From Amoebidium appalachense (taxonomy: Eukaryota; Protista; Ichthyosporea), in the NCBI GenBank assembly GCA_963693365.1, contig CAVNZM010000018.1:1506899-1570898 (forward strand): a stretch of 64,000 nt of DNA, given 5' to 3'. The notes beneath the pieces are model-generated. The model had not been told where the DNA came from. It saw only the letters and a list, made by a program, of their open reading frames with translations, and searched no databases. Made by a program: the position numbers and the translations under genes. The first letter of the stretch is position 1, and every line of letters starts with the position of its first letter. Shown one piece after another: positions 51,055 to 60,557 of the stretch.

Positions 51055-53603
51055 CACTCAACGTTATCATAACCTAGAACTGTGAACAGGGAAACTGTTT
51101 TTTGGGAGTTGACATGTGATAAAAGAGACGGAAACGTGTAATTTGTAAAGAAAGTAGACTGTGCGTGGCACATCAGTCTTGTAATTATTCACGTCGTACT
51201 CCAGGTACGCGGAGAGTGGCGGCGTCTGCGCCATGATTGCGGCTAGAAGAAGCCACAACACAGCAACGTTGGCCACTGCAGACCTTGAAGAGGGAGTTTT
51301 GTACAATCACACTGCTCTCCACAGTAGTGCAACTTCTGTCTAGTGAAAACTGACGGCATTGACCCGTGCAGCGCCGTTTTATATGACTTTATCGGTAAAT
51401 CTAGTGACCAAAATTTGGAAATTGCAGAAATGCGGACGTAAACCCTCAGAGCTTGTGTTGATTGTGCACGGCCCGCCTTACAAAAAATAAATAGGTACAG
51501 CTAGATAACTTTTCAAAACCTTGCTACTGAGTCGCGTGCTTTACCGATGCATGCGCATGCAAGCGGGACACGGACCCACGGCCATCTAGAAACTCTAGAT
51601 GGCCGTGCACGGACCCCATGGAGCCATGGATGGCTGCGTGCGCCGCTCATGCATATGCGACCTGGGTCCGTGAGCGTGCGTTCGGCGCTTGATCCGCTAA
51701 TTTTGTCCTACGGAGACAGTTCTGAATTAGATAACTTATGCCCCTTTTCAAAGTGTGACTGAAGAACTTCAGATATAGTTTCTAGATATTTTTAAGAAGA
51801 AAGTGCGCGAGGAGGCGCACCACGTACGATCTTAGAGAATGCATACCGATACACATTTTTCTACAACCTAGATCATAAAATTTCAAAACTTCATCGACGC
51901 GACACCTTTATTACGTGATACACACTGATACTGAGCAGGTGAGTTATAATACTGGGATATACAAATATATCCAAAATACGAACTTCTTCCTAAGTACTTG
52001 CGGGCGCTCTATAGTATTAGTATTGATGTGTGCATGTGTATCTAGTTCCTGTGTGTGTCACTGTGTCCGTGGCCTTATTTTTTCCCAGTGCACGCATTTT
52101 CTTTTATTTGACGCTCGAAGAACAGTATTTTGGTCGCAATACCACGTACGGAACGGACGAGGGTGCCAACCTTATGACGTTTTGCAAGGCTACCATTTGC
52201 CAAAACAAAGTAGTGTACAAAGAACACCCGATGCACATACCTCCCATGCAAACGATGCAGGTAACTCGGTTGTCTCGGATCACATGTACAAATACTAACA
52301 CGTACTGACGTGTTGCCGCACGTGCGACGTTTTAACATCTACTCAGGCGGCAACACGCAAAACTTCTACGTCATTGCCACCCCCTCGTGACCTACGCCCA
52401 ATCAGATCGCGCGGTAGTGGCAAATTTGATTTTGGCTGCGCGCGTGCAGAGAGTCGGTCGTACCCCTACCTCGAAGCAACTTTTAAAAAGGCAAGGATCC
52501 AATCACACACAAGGCTTGGCGGTGCTCTGCTGCCGTGACTTCTGACCATTTGTAAACGTCCCGCCGTACCGGATGATCATGATGCCTACTTTCCATCTTG
52601 CTGTGACCGTTCCTTTCGCGCGGGGCGAATTCAAACCACTTTGGTTTCGTTCGTGTTTTATTTTATTTTCGTTGGTGTACGGACCGCGAAGGAATTATTG
52701 CTTACTCTTTTCTCTCTCGGCGCTTTCTTGCCAATATTTTTTATGCAGATTTTCCTTTAAAAAAGAAAAGTAACCATTTTGCTGTGCGTGTTCGTTCATA
52801 TTGCATAGCAGCTAGTTTCAGCATGATATTTGGGCAGGCGTGACAGGTGCTTTTAACCACAAGAAGTGATTTGAATGGCCCGTATTTGTGCATGTAAGCA
52901 TATGACTAAAACATGGCGCAAGAACTGCTGTAAACAGTTGAACTAGTTGGGATAAGGCAGAGAACAACTGAATCAGAATAAAGACAGAGAACGGGTAGTA
53001 AGGCACACGCGGCCAGGTTACTATTTAATGTGCTCGTTCAGAGTGATCCCCCGTACTGGGACGGCTTGTTTATATAGCCCCCAGGTTCCGGATCATCTGG
53101 ATGGGTGGCATTGATGCCTTCGTGACTTCTGACCAGTCAGAAGAGTGCGGTCGTCTTTATGTGCACACAGTGCACCAATAACATGAAGCTAACTAAAAGG
53201 ATAACTTTGTGGCAAATGATTGGTCAATACTTAAGCCCGTTTAGGTTTATGCAACTGGGTCTGATTTCCTTATTGGTTCCGTTCGTTTAGCTATAGATGT
53301 CGCCTCCGTAGTGGATGAGACTTGCATTCCTATCCTAGCGGTTCTCGAATTCTATTGGTTCATACTGACTGCACGGCCACTGCATATTGCCGGCGCCGCG
53401 GCTCAGTCGTGAGCCGCAGCCCGCGGCTGTCGCGTGTGATATTGATCTGATCATATGTACACAATATCTACGTGATCACTATGATATGTACAGTATATTC
53501 GTAATAGTAAACATGTACGGCGTGTACAGATGTTTACACTCCCCCCCTTCTCGGGAGCCCGGTGGTATGGTCTGGAGACGGTAAACCACCAGGCTGAGGG
53601 AAG

Positions 53604-56600
53604 TTAGCGACGTCGGCGCTTCTTTCGTGCGGGCTGGCTGGCAGGGCCGGCCACCAAAGTACCTAGGTAGTCTGTGAGTGCTCCTGCGGCTGTGTCTTGC
53701 AGGCCGGAGTGAGGTTCCCAGGTGTCGTTCTTAGCCGTGTACCCTTTCCAACGAACTTTGTAAAGGGCTTGGGCAGTTGCCGAGTCGTACTTGTGGGCAA
53801 TAATTTTTGCCACTTCGAAGGTGGGGGTGGGTGAATCTTGCGGACCAGAGTCGGCTGGCGTCATATCAACGTCGTCACGGGGAAAATACGGCTTCAAGTG
53901 ACGTGCGTGTGCTCGAACGGTGTCCGTTGACCCAACCCGCTGAATTTCGTAAGACATGGGGGCGTCGGTAACGCGCCGCAGGACGCGATACGGACCTTCC
54001 CATTTAGGTCTGAGTGCCGTGGGTAGACTGTGGTCGGTGGTGGAGTCTGTGACTGCTTTCAACACCAGACCCTCGAGTTCTGTGGGTTCACGAGCATTTT
54101 TGTTAGCCGTGATTTTACTACGACGGGCAGCTTCAGACATAATTCGTGTGACTGTTTGCCGGGCATACTGCACTCGTTGCAGTAGTTCTCGACGGTATTC
54201 CTCCGTCTCCATCCCACATGAAGCCGCAATTGGGGGGCGGGGGGGCTCGACCGGATCTCTGCCATAAAGCATGAAGAATGGCGTGTCCCCCAAGGAAGAG
54301 TGGTAGGCGGTGCGGTAGGAAAACAGTACTTGCGGTAAGTAGTCAATCCATTCGTGGTGTTTATCCTGCACGAGAGTGGCAAGAATATTCTTAAGTGTGC
54401 GATTGAATCGCTCTACGGCACCATTGGTCTGGGGGCTGTAGGGACTTGCAAAAATTCGTTTTGTAGCCAACACTCGACAGACATCTGTGACCAACATAGC
54501 TGCCAAATTCGCGCCGTTGTCTGATACTAAAAATTCCGGACGACCGTGACGGCAGTAGATGGAGTCTTCGAATGCCTTTGCCACATCTTCGGCTGTGGGT
54601 GTTTTGTGAAATAAAATCACTTCCGGCCAGCGAGTGAAGAGGTCGAGAAACACCAACAGGGAAACTCTGAGATCAGATTTCGTAGGCATCTCAGTAATGT
54701 CCATAGACACGTATTGAAAGGGATAGGTGGGGATAAAACCATCGTGAATTCGTAGTTTCTTTTGCATTCGGGGTGTCTTCCGGTATTGACAGGCTTTGCA
54801 TGTGGTTACCCACTGCACCGAGTCTTGCCATACACGTGGCCACCATGCTATCTGGGTAACACGGTGGAAGGTGCGTGCTGCGTCGAGGTGACCTGCGGTT
54901 GGGGCGTCGTGACATGCGGCCAAAACGAGGCGCACAAGCGTAGACGGCACCCAAATTCGTGGTTCCTTGCTGGGTTTGCGGGGGCCACGCTGTTCTAGGA
55001 CCCACACATACACAAGGTCATTGTCTATGGTGCAGCGACTAGCTTCCATCGCGATTTCGTTGCCAAATAATTCGTAGCCCGGTGCTTTTTCCAGGTAGGC
55101 CCTGACTTTCGCAATGTGTTTATCAGCCTTCTGTGCTGACACATACTGTTCATAGGTGGGCATTCGTCCATCCGCTTTTGGGGGAATAAATTCTGGCGGC
55201 GTGGTATTAGGTTTCGTGGGTTCAGCTGGGGGTGGGTGGGTGGCAGCTTGTGCCTGCGCTGTCGCTGCGGCGGAGCGTGTTACCGCAAACACCGTGGACG
55301 AGCCCGAGACTGTGCCGATCAGTGAGGGGTATGTCAGCTCAGTATCTTCGGGTCCTGGTTGCGCATTTTCTTTAGATGGCCGAGAGAGTCCATCAGCATT
55401 GCTGTGGTGTTTGCCCGCCCTGTGCTGAATTTCGTATGTGTATGCGGAAAGCGCCATTTGCCAGCCTGCAACAACAGGTTCCGGTGCATCGCCGGTAGAC
55501 AGAATGCGCGTCAAGCTGGAGTGGTCGGTTCGTAACAAGAAAGGAGCCCCATAGGTGTAAGCGCGAAATGCTTTGCACACAGCCCAATACACACCTAAGG
55601 CTTCCCTTTTATTCGCCGCATAATTTCGTTCACTCTTAGAGAGTGTTCTGCTAGCATAAGCTATGGGTCGTTCTTTGCCGTCATCACCTACCTGCGAAAT
55701 CACTGCGCCCAGAGCATACTGTGAAGCATCTGAGTCAACAATAAAAGGTTTGGTGAAATCGGGGTGAGCAAGCACAGGTGCATTAATTAACGCATTCTTA
55801 AGGGTATCGTATGCTTTCTCCTGTTCCGTACCCCACACCCATGCAGCATTTTTCTGTGCTTTCTTTTTCGTGGCCAAAATAGCTGCAGAATCGGCGTGCA
55901 AATTTTTTGCTTCGTCTTTTCGTTGTTTTGCGCTGCCGTTGCGTTTGGCGGGTTTCGTAGAGGGGGGCATTTTTGCGTGAATTCGTTTTAGTAATTCTGA
56001 ATCCTCCTTCGAGGTGCCCAGCATTCGCGTGAGTGGTTCAGCCGTATGGCTGAAATCGTCCACAAATATTCGATAATATGAAAATAACCCGAGGTCACTT
56101 CGTAGCTCAGATAAATTTTGTGGGTAGCTTTTATTCTTTATTGCTGCCACTTTTTCTGGGTCTACCTTAATACCATCCGGGCATACGCGATGGCCTAAAT
56201 AGCCAACTTCTTCCATGAACAAAGAGCATTTTCTGCCTTTCAGTTTTAATCCTGCATCACAGAGCCGGGAAAAACATGAATCTAAATGCCCAAAATGTTC
56301 TTCGATAGTGGGTGACATAACTAATATATCATCGAGATATATGAGTACATGTGTCCACAGCATACCAGCGAATACACGGTTCATCATCCTTGAAAAGACA
56401 GCAGGCATGTTACTTACTCCAAAAGGTGCGCGTGCGAATTGATACTGCCCCCAGGGGGTGGTAAATGCAAGTTTTTCTTTGTCGTTATCGGCTACTTTGA
56501 CTTGGTGGTAACCACCGTTTAAATCAAGTGCGGAAAACACGCGGGCACCTCTGAGCATACCCAGAGCCATGTCAATTCGTGGTAAAGGGTAACCGTCTTT

Positions 56601-58505
56601 CTTCGTAATCAAGTTCAGCTTTCTAAAATCAATGCAGACTCTTAAAGACCCGTCCTTTTTCGCCACCAACACCATCGGAGCGGAGTAAGGGCTGGACGCA
56701 GGCTCAATCACTCCAAACTCTACCCAATTTTGAATTTGTTTGTGTAGGCTATCGCGAAGGTGATGTGGGATGTTATAGGGCATGCGGTACTGTGGTATGG
56801 TGGTAGTTACTTCGATCGACAGTTCGTCTAAGGTACTCAAACCAAAGTCGTTGTCGTGTGCAGAGAACACATGCTTCCATTTCTTAAGCAGTTTTCGTAT
56901 CCGTTTCGCCAACGGTTTCCGTTGGTCTGGGGGAGTTCCAGGCATGTCGTATTCTTCTGGAGGTTTGACCCCAAAAGGCAAGTCGTCGTCTGTGGCGGCT
57001 TCCCCGTCGGAGGTACATTCGTGCGTACGCTTTCGTAAATTATTCGTATCCTCCAGTGCAGTGGTAGATGGTGCCCCATCTGCTGCTTCGATAGTAGGTG
57101 GCCCTACCTCTGGTTTTGTTCGTGCTGGATTACCAAAACCATTCATTTTCGTGGAACTGCGCTGTGTGGTGTTCTCTTTCGTACTCATATTCATAATTTT
57201 ACTCCGTTCACACACCTTAATACTACCGTTAATATTAGTAGCCGCCTGGAAAGTGTGTGGTTCGTGTTCGGTGGGTTCTTCGGTTGATTCCTGCGAAGAA
57301 AAGTTCGTTTTAGCAGAGGTACCTAATGGATGGCCAGGGTGTGGGGTTGTCGCCCTCCTGGTTCCATTACCGGAGTGTGGACGTGCTAAAAGAGTAACAG
57401 TGTCATCTGATTGCAAGGGAATAAACATGGCCACCTCCGTACCAGGGCCTAGGTACACATGATGGTCCGATGTGTTAGTCAACAACACCTTGCATTCGTA
57501 TTCGTCCTCGATCACACTTTCTTCGCTAGTGGAGAGGGGGGGTTCGTTATTCGAAATTCGAGCTAAACTGGTGACACTGCATGCTGTTGTGTAAGCCCGT
57601 GAATTAAGTGGACCACATGGAACCACTGTGCCCATACAACAGTCTAAAGTTCGTGGTGGTGGTGCGCCGGCAGCGAGTTTTATTTTACACGTTGCGATAT
57701 TTGACGCATCTACCGGGAGGTGAATACCTGTGGTGGTAATTAATACGCGAGAAACAGCTGTCTCCTCCGCACTCCCACGCAACCACCACACCGGAATACT
57801 GCACCTGCGATTTCCCTTAGCATACATGAACGAAAGTTCTGCAGCACCGTAATCAATTCGTCCCTGTTGTGGCCCCATGAAATCAACACCTAATAAGGCA
57901 TCATATGGTAGATTATCAATCACATGCCATCTGTGCACCACTAGAGCAGATTCGTTGGGAATGGCGAGAGTGAGAGATATACTTCCTTGGCATGTCATTT
58001 CGTTACTTTGTGCATCCAGTACACTAAAATTAGGAACATGCTGAATTCGTTTTCTTGCCACTACAGGGAGAGATTCGTAAAATGCTGTGCTTATACAGCT
58101 ATGGCTAGCACCAGAGTCGACAACTACTGTGACTAGCTTCCCATGCACATACATTCGCGCAAGTGTGGCTGTGCATTTATTTTCGTGGGTTAATGTGCAC
58201 ACAGTGGCATTTTCATGCCGTGGTTCTGCAATGGAGGAGTGCACACGGTCAGCAAAATGCACATTTTTCTTTTTGCGCGGGGGCGGGGTGTGCGTGTGCA
58301 TGGGGGGGTCAGTACACGGGGGTAACTGTTCGTGGGGGGGTGGGGCACATGCAGATTCGTGGGAGGGCTCCGAGACAACAGAAATTTCCGCACCAGTAGA
58401 TTTATTTTGCAATTTATCTGCCAGAGGGGAACACAGTTCCAGCTCTGCTATTAAATCAAATACATTATGTTCTACTGGGGAGAGACCAGTCCCTTGCCCG
58501 CCTTC
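53604..58505 (-). CDS. pol: Gypsy-2 pol: PR - dUTPase-like remnant - RT - RNase H - integrase - chromodomain
   Basis: VVDSGASHS; KKDGSLRVCIDFRKLN; YLDD; DSDAS/IAYASR/RTDH/NADGLSR; HDAPTAGH...CKAC; SMDI/VSDNG/PQTNGAVER; GPY; FEVAKIIAHK...YKVRWKGYTAKNDTWEP. Open from the codon right after the gag stop. Confidence 0.98.
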   Translation of the reverse strand, partial: EGGQGTGLSPVEHNVFDLIAELELCSPLADKLQNKSTGAEISVVSEPSHESACAPPPHEQLPPCTDPPMHTHTPPPRKKKNVHFADRVHSSIAEPRHENATVCTLTHENKCTATLARMYVHGKLVTVVVDSGASHSCISTAFYESLPVVARKRIQHVPNFSVLDAQSNEMTCQGSISLTLAIPNESALVVHRWHVIDNLPYDALLGVDFMGPQQGRIDYGAAELSFMYAKGNRRCSIPVWWLRGSAEETAVSRVLITTTGIHLPVDASNIATCKIKLAAGAPPPRTLDCCMGTVVPCGPLNSRAYTTACSVTSLARISNNEPPLSTSEESVIEDEYECKVLLTNTSDHHVYLGPGTEVAMFIPLQSDDTVTLLARPHSGNGTRRATTPHPGHPLGTSAKTNFSSQESTEEPTEHEPHTFQAATNINGSIKVCERSKIMNMSTKENTTQRSSTKMNGFGNPARTKPEVGPPTIEAADGAPSTTALEDTNNLRKRTHECTSDGEAATDDDLPFGVKPPEEYDMPGTPPDQRKPLAKRIRKLLKKWKHVFSAHDNDFGLSTLDELSIEVTTTIPQYRMPYNIPHHLRDSLHKQIQNWVEFGVIEPASSPYSAPMVLVAKKDGSLRVCIDFRKLNLITKKDGYPLPRIDMALGMLRGARVFSALDLNGGYHQVKVADNDKEKLAFTTPWGQYQFARAPFGVSNMPAVFSRMMNRVFAGMLWTHVLIYLDDILVMSPTIEEHFGHLDSCFSRLCDAGLKLKGRKCSLFMEEVGYLGHRVCPDGIKVDPEKVAAIKNKSYPQNLSELRSDLGLFSYYRIFVDDFSHTAEPLTRMLGTSKEDSELLKRIHAKMPPSTKPAKRNGSAKQRKDEAKNLHADSAAILATKKKAQKNAAWVWGTEQEKAYDTLKNALINAPVLAHPDFTKPFIVDSDASQYALGAVISQVGDDGKERPIAYASRTLSKSERNYAANKREALGVYWAVCKAFRAYTYGAPFLLRTDHSSLTRILSTGDAPEPVVAGWQMALSAYTYEIQHRAGKHHSNADGLSRPSKENAQPGPEDTELTYPSLIGTVSGSSTVFAVTRSAAATAQAQAATHPPPAEPTKPNTTPPEFIPPKADGRMPTYEQYVSAQKADKHIAKVRAYLEKAPGYELFGNEIAMEASRCTIDNDLVYVWVLEQRGPRKPSKEPRIWVPSTLVRLVLAACHDAPTAGHLDAARTFHRVTQIAWWPRVWQDSVQWVTTCKACQYRKTPRMQKKLRIHDGFIPTYPFQYVSMDITEMPTKSDLRVSLLVFLDLFTRWPEVILFHKTPTAEDVAKAFEDSIYCRHGRPEFLVSDNGANLAAMLVTDVCRVLATKRIFASPYSPQTNGAVERFNRTLKNILATLVQDKHHEWIDYLPQVLFSYRTAYHSSLGDTPFFMLYGRDPVEPPRPPIAASCGMETEEYRRELLQRVQYARQTVTRIMSEAARRSKITANKNAREPTELEGLVLKAVTDSTTDHSLPTALRPKWEGPYRVLRRVTDAPMSYEIQRVGSTDTVRAHARHLKPYFPRDDVDMTPADSGPQDSPTPTFEVAKIIAHKYDSATAQALYKVRWKGYTAKNDTWEPHSGLQDTAAGALTDYLGTLVAGPASQPARKKRRRR

Positions 58506-60506
58506 CTATTCTACACGTGCTCTCTTGAACTTGGCCCGATTAGCCTCAATCTCTGCCTTGCGGGTTCCCTTCTTAAAGTTGGGGTCGTACTTGGGGCAAA
58601 TTGGTGACCCCCCAAAGTGCCCCTTCTGCTTGCAGGAGTGGCATTCGAATTTGAGGGCCGGGCACGTCTTGCCTTCGGCGTGGCTGCCGTACTTGCACCC
58701 ACGGTTGCAGGGGGTGGTGCCCATGCGCGAAAAAATAGACGGCTTCTCGCTGGCACCAGATCCACCACCGGGTTGCTGTTTTGTGGGGGGTTTCTGTGTT
58801 AGAATGGTGGATGGGGTTCGTGTGTGCCTGTCTCTTTCTTTTTCTGCGAGATAGGCAACAACTCCAGACAGGGTCAATTCTTCTTCTTTTCGTGTTTGTC
58901 TGAGTTGATATTTGCGAAATTCTTGTTCGTCTTCCCCACCCAATCGGTGAGACAAATCCAAAATTTGGTGTGCCTCAGACTTAAGGGGGTACACACGTGC
59001 CCACAAACGCGCATGCCTGCTTGCAAATTCGGCGACCTTTTGCTTGCCTTGTTTGAGTGCATTTAATTCGGCACTGAGTGCCTCTTGCACACGCTGGTCG
59101 TGAAATTTCGTAACTAGTGCATGTGCAAATGCATCAAACGTGAGTTCTCCCTGTGTCCTGGTAAAATTCGTGTACCACACACGGGCGGGGGAAGCAAGAG
59201 GAAAGCACTGCACCGCCCAGCGAACAGCAAGTGTGGGGGGGACCCCTGCAATGCAAAACATCTGCTGGGAAAATTCGTGCAGCCATTCAATCACCGTGCA
59301 TTTATCCTGCAAGTCACCCTTGTATTCTGGTAGTTTCAATGCAGCCAAGATGGGGCCGTATTCGGATGCATGCAACTGGCGGAGAGGGTGCAACCACAGT
59401 TTTTCGTGCTCTGCAAAGTGCTTGTTCAATATAGACCCAGCCTTACCTCCTGAGCCTGTGCTGACATCAGAGCCTCTCGGGCGACTTGGCGTGCCTGCCA
59501 GTCCACCTGCAGACGCCAGAGGGGATCCTGCAAGGGGGATTTCGTTAAATACGGGTGCTTTAGGCTGGTCGAAGTGATCTTCTTCATGCACTTTCGCAGT
59601 CATGTGTTCGTTTTCGTTTGTGGGTGTGTCTTCGTAACTTTGTTCGTGTTTTTCTTCATTTTCAGCATCAGAATCAGTGTAGCTGAGTGTGCGCGCAAGC
59701 ACATCCTTATATGTAAATTTAGTGGGGGGTGCGGGAGGTGCAATTACCTTGGGATCAGTGCACCCAGATGGGACCGGGGACAAAGGCTTCTTGCCTGTGG
59801 TGGGTGGGGGAGGACGGGGGGTGGTGGGCACCGTCGTATTTTTCACTCGTGCCTCAGCCACCAACTGTGCTTCCCGCTCCAACTCAGACCATTTCGCGGA
59901 CGTGCACAACATTCTAGACAGTGTGGTGTCTTCCATCTGCGAAATCTCACTGTAAATCTGCGCGACATCAGCTTCGAGGTCCATCACAGGCCGCCCAGCA
60001 TCGATTGCAGTTTGAATGGCACGTCTCAGAGTTTCAATACGATAGAACTTGGAGAGAACACGGCCCCGCACCTCTGCCAGAGCTGTGGCAGTGTCCCGGT
60101 CTTGTTTCGTTTTTTCCTTCGTTGCTACTTGAAGTTCGTTCGTGTGTTTGTTGGTGTTCGTGTGTTCGTTGGTGTTCGTATGTTCGTTGGTTTTCGTGTG
60201 TTCGTTGCGCTTCGTTTTGTCTTTGGGTTTCGTGCTTTCGTTGGGCTTCGTTTGTTCGTTGCCAGTGGGCTTCGTAGTTGCCTTTGTGTTCGTGTGTGTG
60301 TTGGGTTTTGTGATCGTGTTCGGTTTCTGGGGAGCACGAGGCTGTGTAGGGGGAGGGGTGGGGAGTGTTTTCGTGCCCTGCCCCGGAGTCTTGGCTTTCT
60401 TCTGCGTTGGGGGCGGCGGTTTGACTGCGGTAGGCTTCTTGGTGTCACGTGTCAGTTTGCTTTCATTGTCCGAGAGTACAGGGTAGTCGTCAAATTCGCC
60501 CGCCAT
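58506..60506 (-). CDS. gag: Gypsy-2 gag (666 aa)
   Basis: Retrotransposon capsid-like core (LPEYKGD...WLHEF...ARVWY...LKQGKQKVAEF), CHSCKQKGHF knuckle, N-terminal Thr/Lys/Pro-rich region with NEHTNT-like repeats. Confidence 0.95.
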   Translation of the reverse strand: MAGEFDDYPVLSDNESKLTRDTKKPTAVKPPPPTQKKAKTPGQGTKTLPTPPPTQPRAPQKPNTITKPNTHTNTKATTKPTGNEQTKPNESTKPKDKTKRNEHTKTNEHTNTNEHTNTNKHTNELQVATKEKTKQDRDTATALAEVRGRVLSKFYRIETLRRAIQTAIDAGRPVMDLEADVAQIYSEISQMEDTTLSRMLCTSAKWSELEREAQLVAEARVKNTTVPTTPRPPPPTTGKKPLSPVPSGCTDPKVIAPPAPPTKFTYKDVLARTLSYTDSDAENEEKHEQSYEDTPTNENEHMTAKVHEEDHFDQPKAPVFNEIPLAGSPLASAGGLAGTPSRPRGSDVSTGSGGKAGSILNKHFAEHEKLWLHPLRQLHASEYGPILAALKLPEYKGDLQDKCTVIEWLHEFSQQMFCIAGVPPTLAVRWAVQCFPLASPARVWYTNFTRTQGELTFDAFAHALVTKFHDQRVQEALSAELNALKQGKQKVAEFASRHARLWARVYPLKSEAHQILDLSHRLGGEDEQEFRKYQLRQTRKEEELTLSGVVAYLAEKERDRHTRTPSTILTQKPPTKQQPGGGSGASEKPSIFSRMGTTPCNRGCKYGSHAEGKTCPALKFECHSCKQKGHFGGSPICPKYDPNFKKGTRKAEIEANRAKFKRARVE

Positions 60507-60546
60507 GGTTGAAGAGATTCTTGAAAGATGTGAGATTCTGGAACTG

Positions 60547-60557
60547 CGCGGTCGCCA
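60547..60557 (-). promoter_or_regulatory. Gypsy-2 primer binding site, probably tRNA-Arg
   Basis: TGGCGACCGCG one base after the 5' LTR, complementary to a tRNA 3' end CGCGGTCG-CCA (GACCGCG acceptor stem, as in eukaryotic tRNA-Arg UCG/CCG types). Confidence 0.75.

Larger units (their letters stand above)
38558..51306 (-). mobile_element. Internally deleted Helitron interrupted by Gypsy-1; 5' end not located (51306 is a provisional bound)
   Basis: 3' terminus on the minus strand: GC hairpin cccgcccc-caac-ggggcggg (38577-38596), then CTAG (38558-38561), then T. Rep N-terminal ORF at 38934-39827. Confidence 0.8.

Noticed and set aside
56782-60512. Long plus-strand ORFs (226, 255 and 312 aa)
   Set aside because: Antisense shadows of Gypsy-2 gag and pol.
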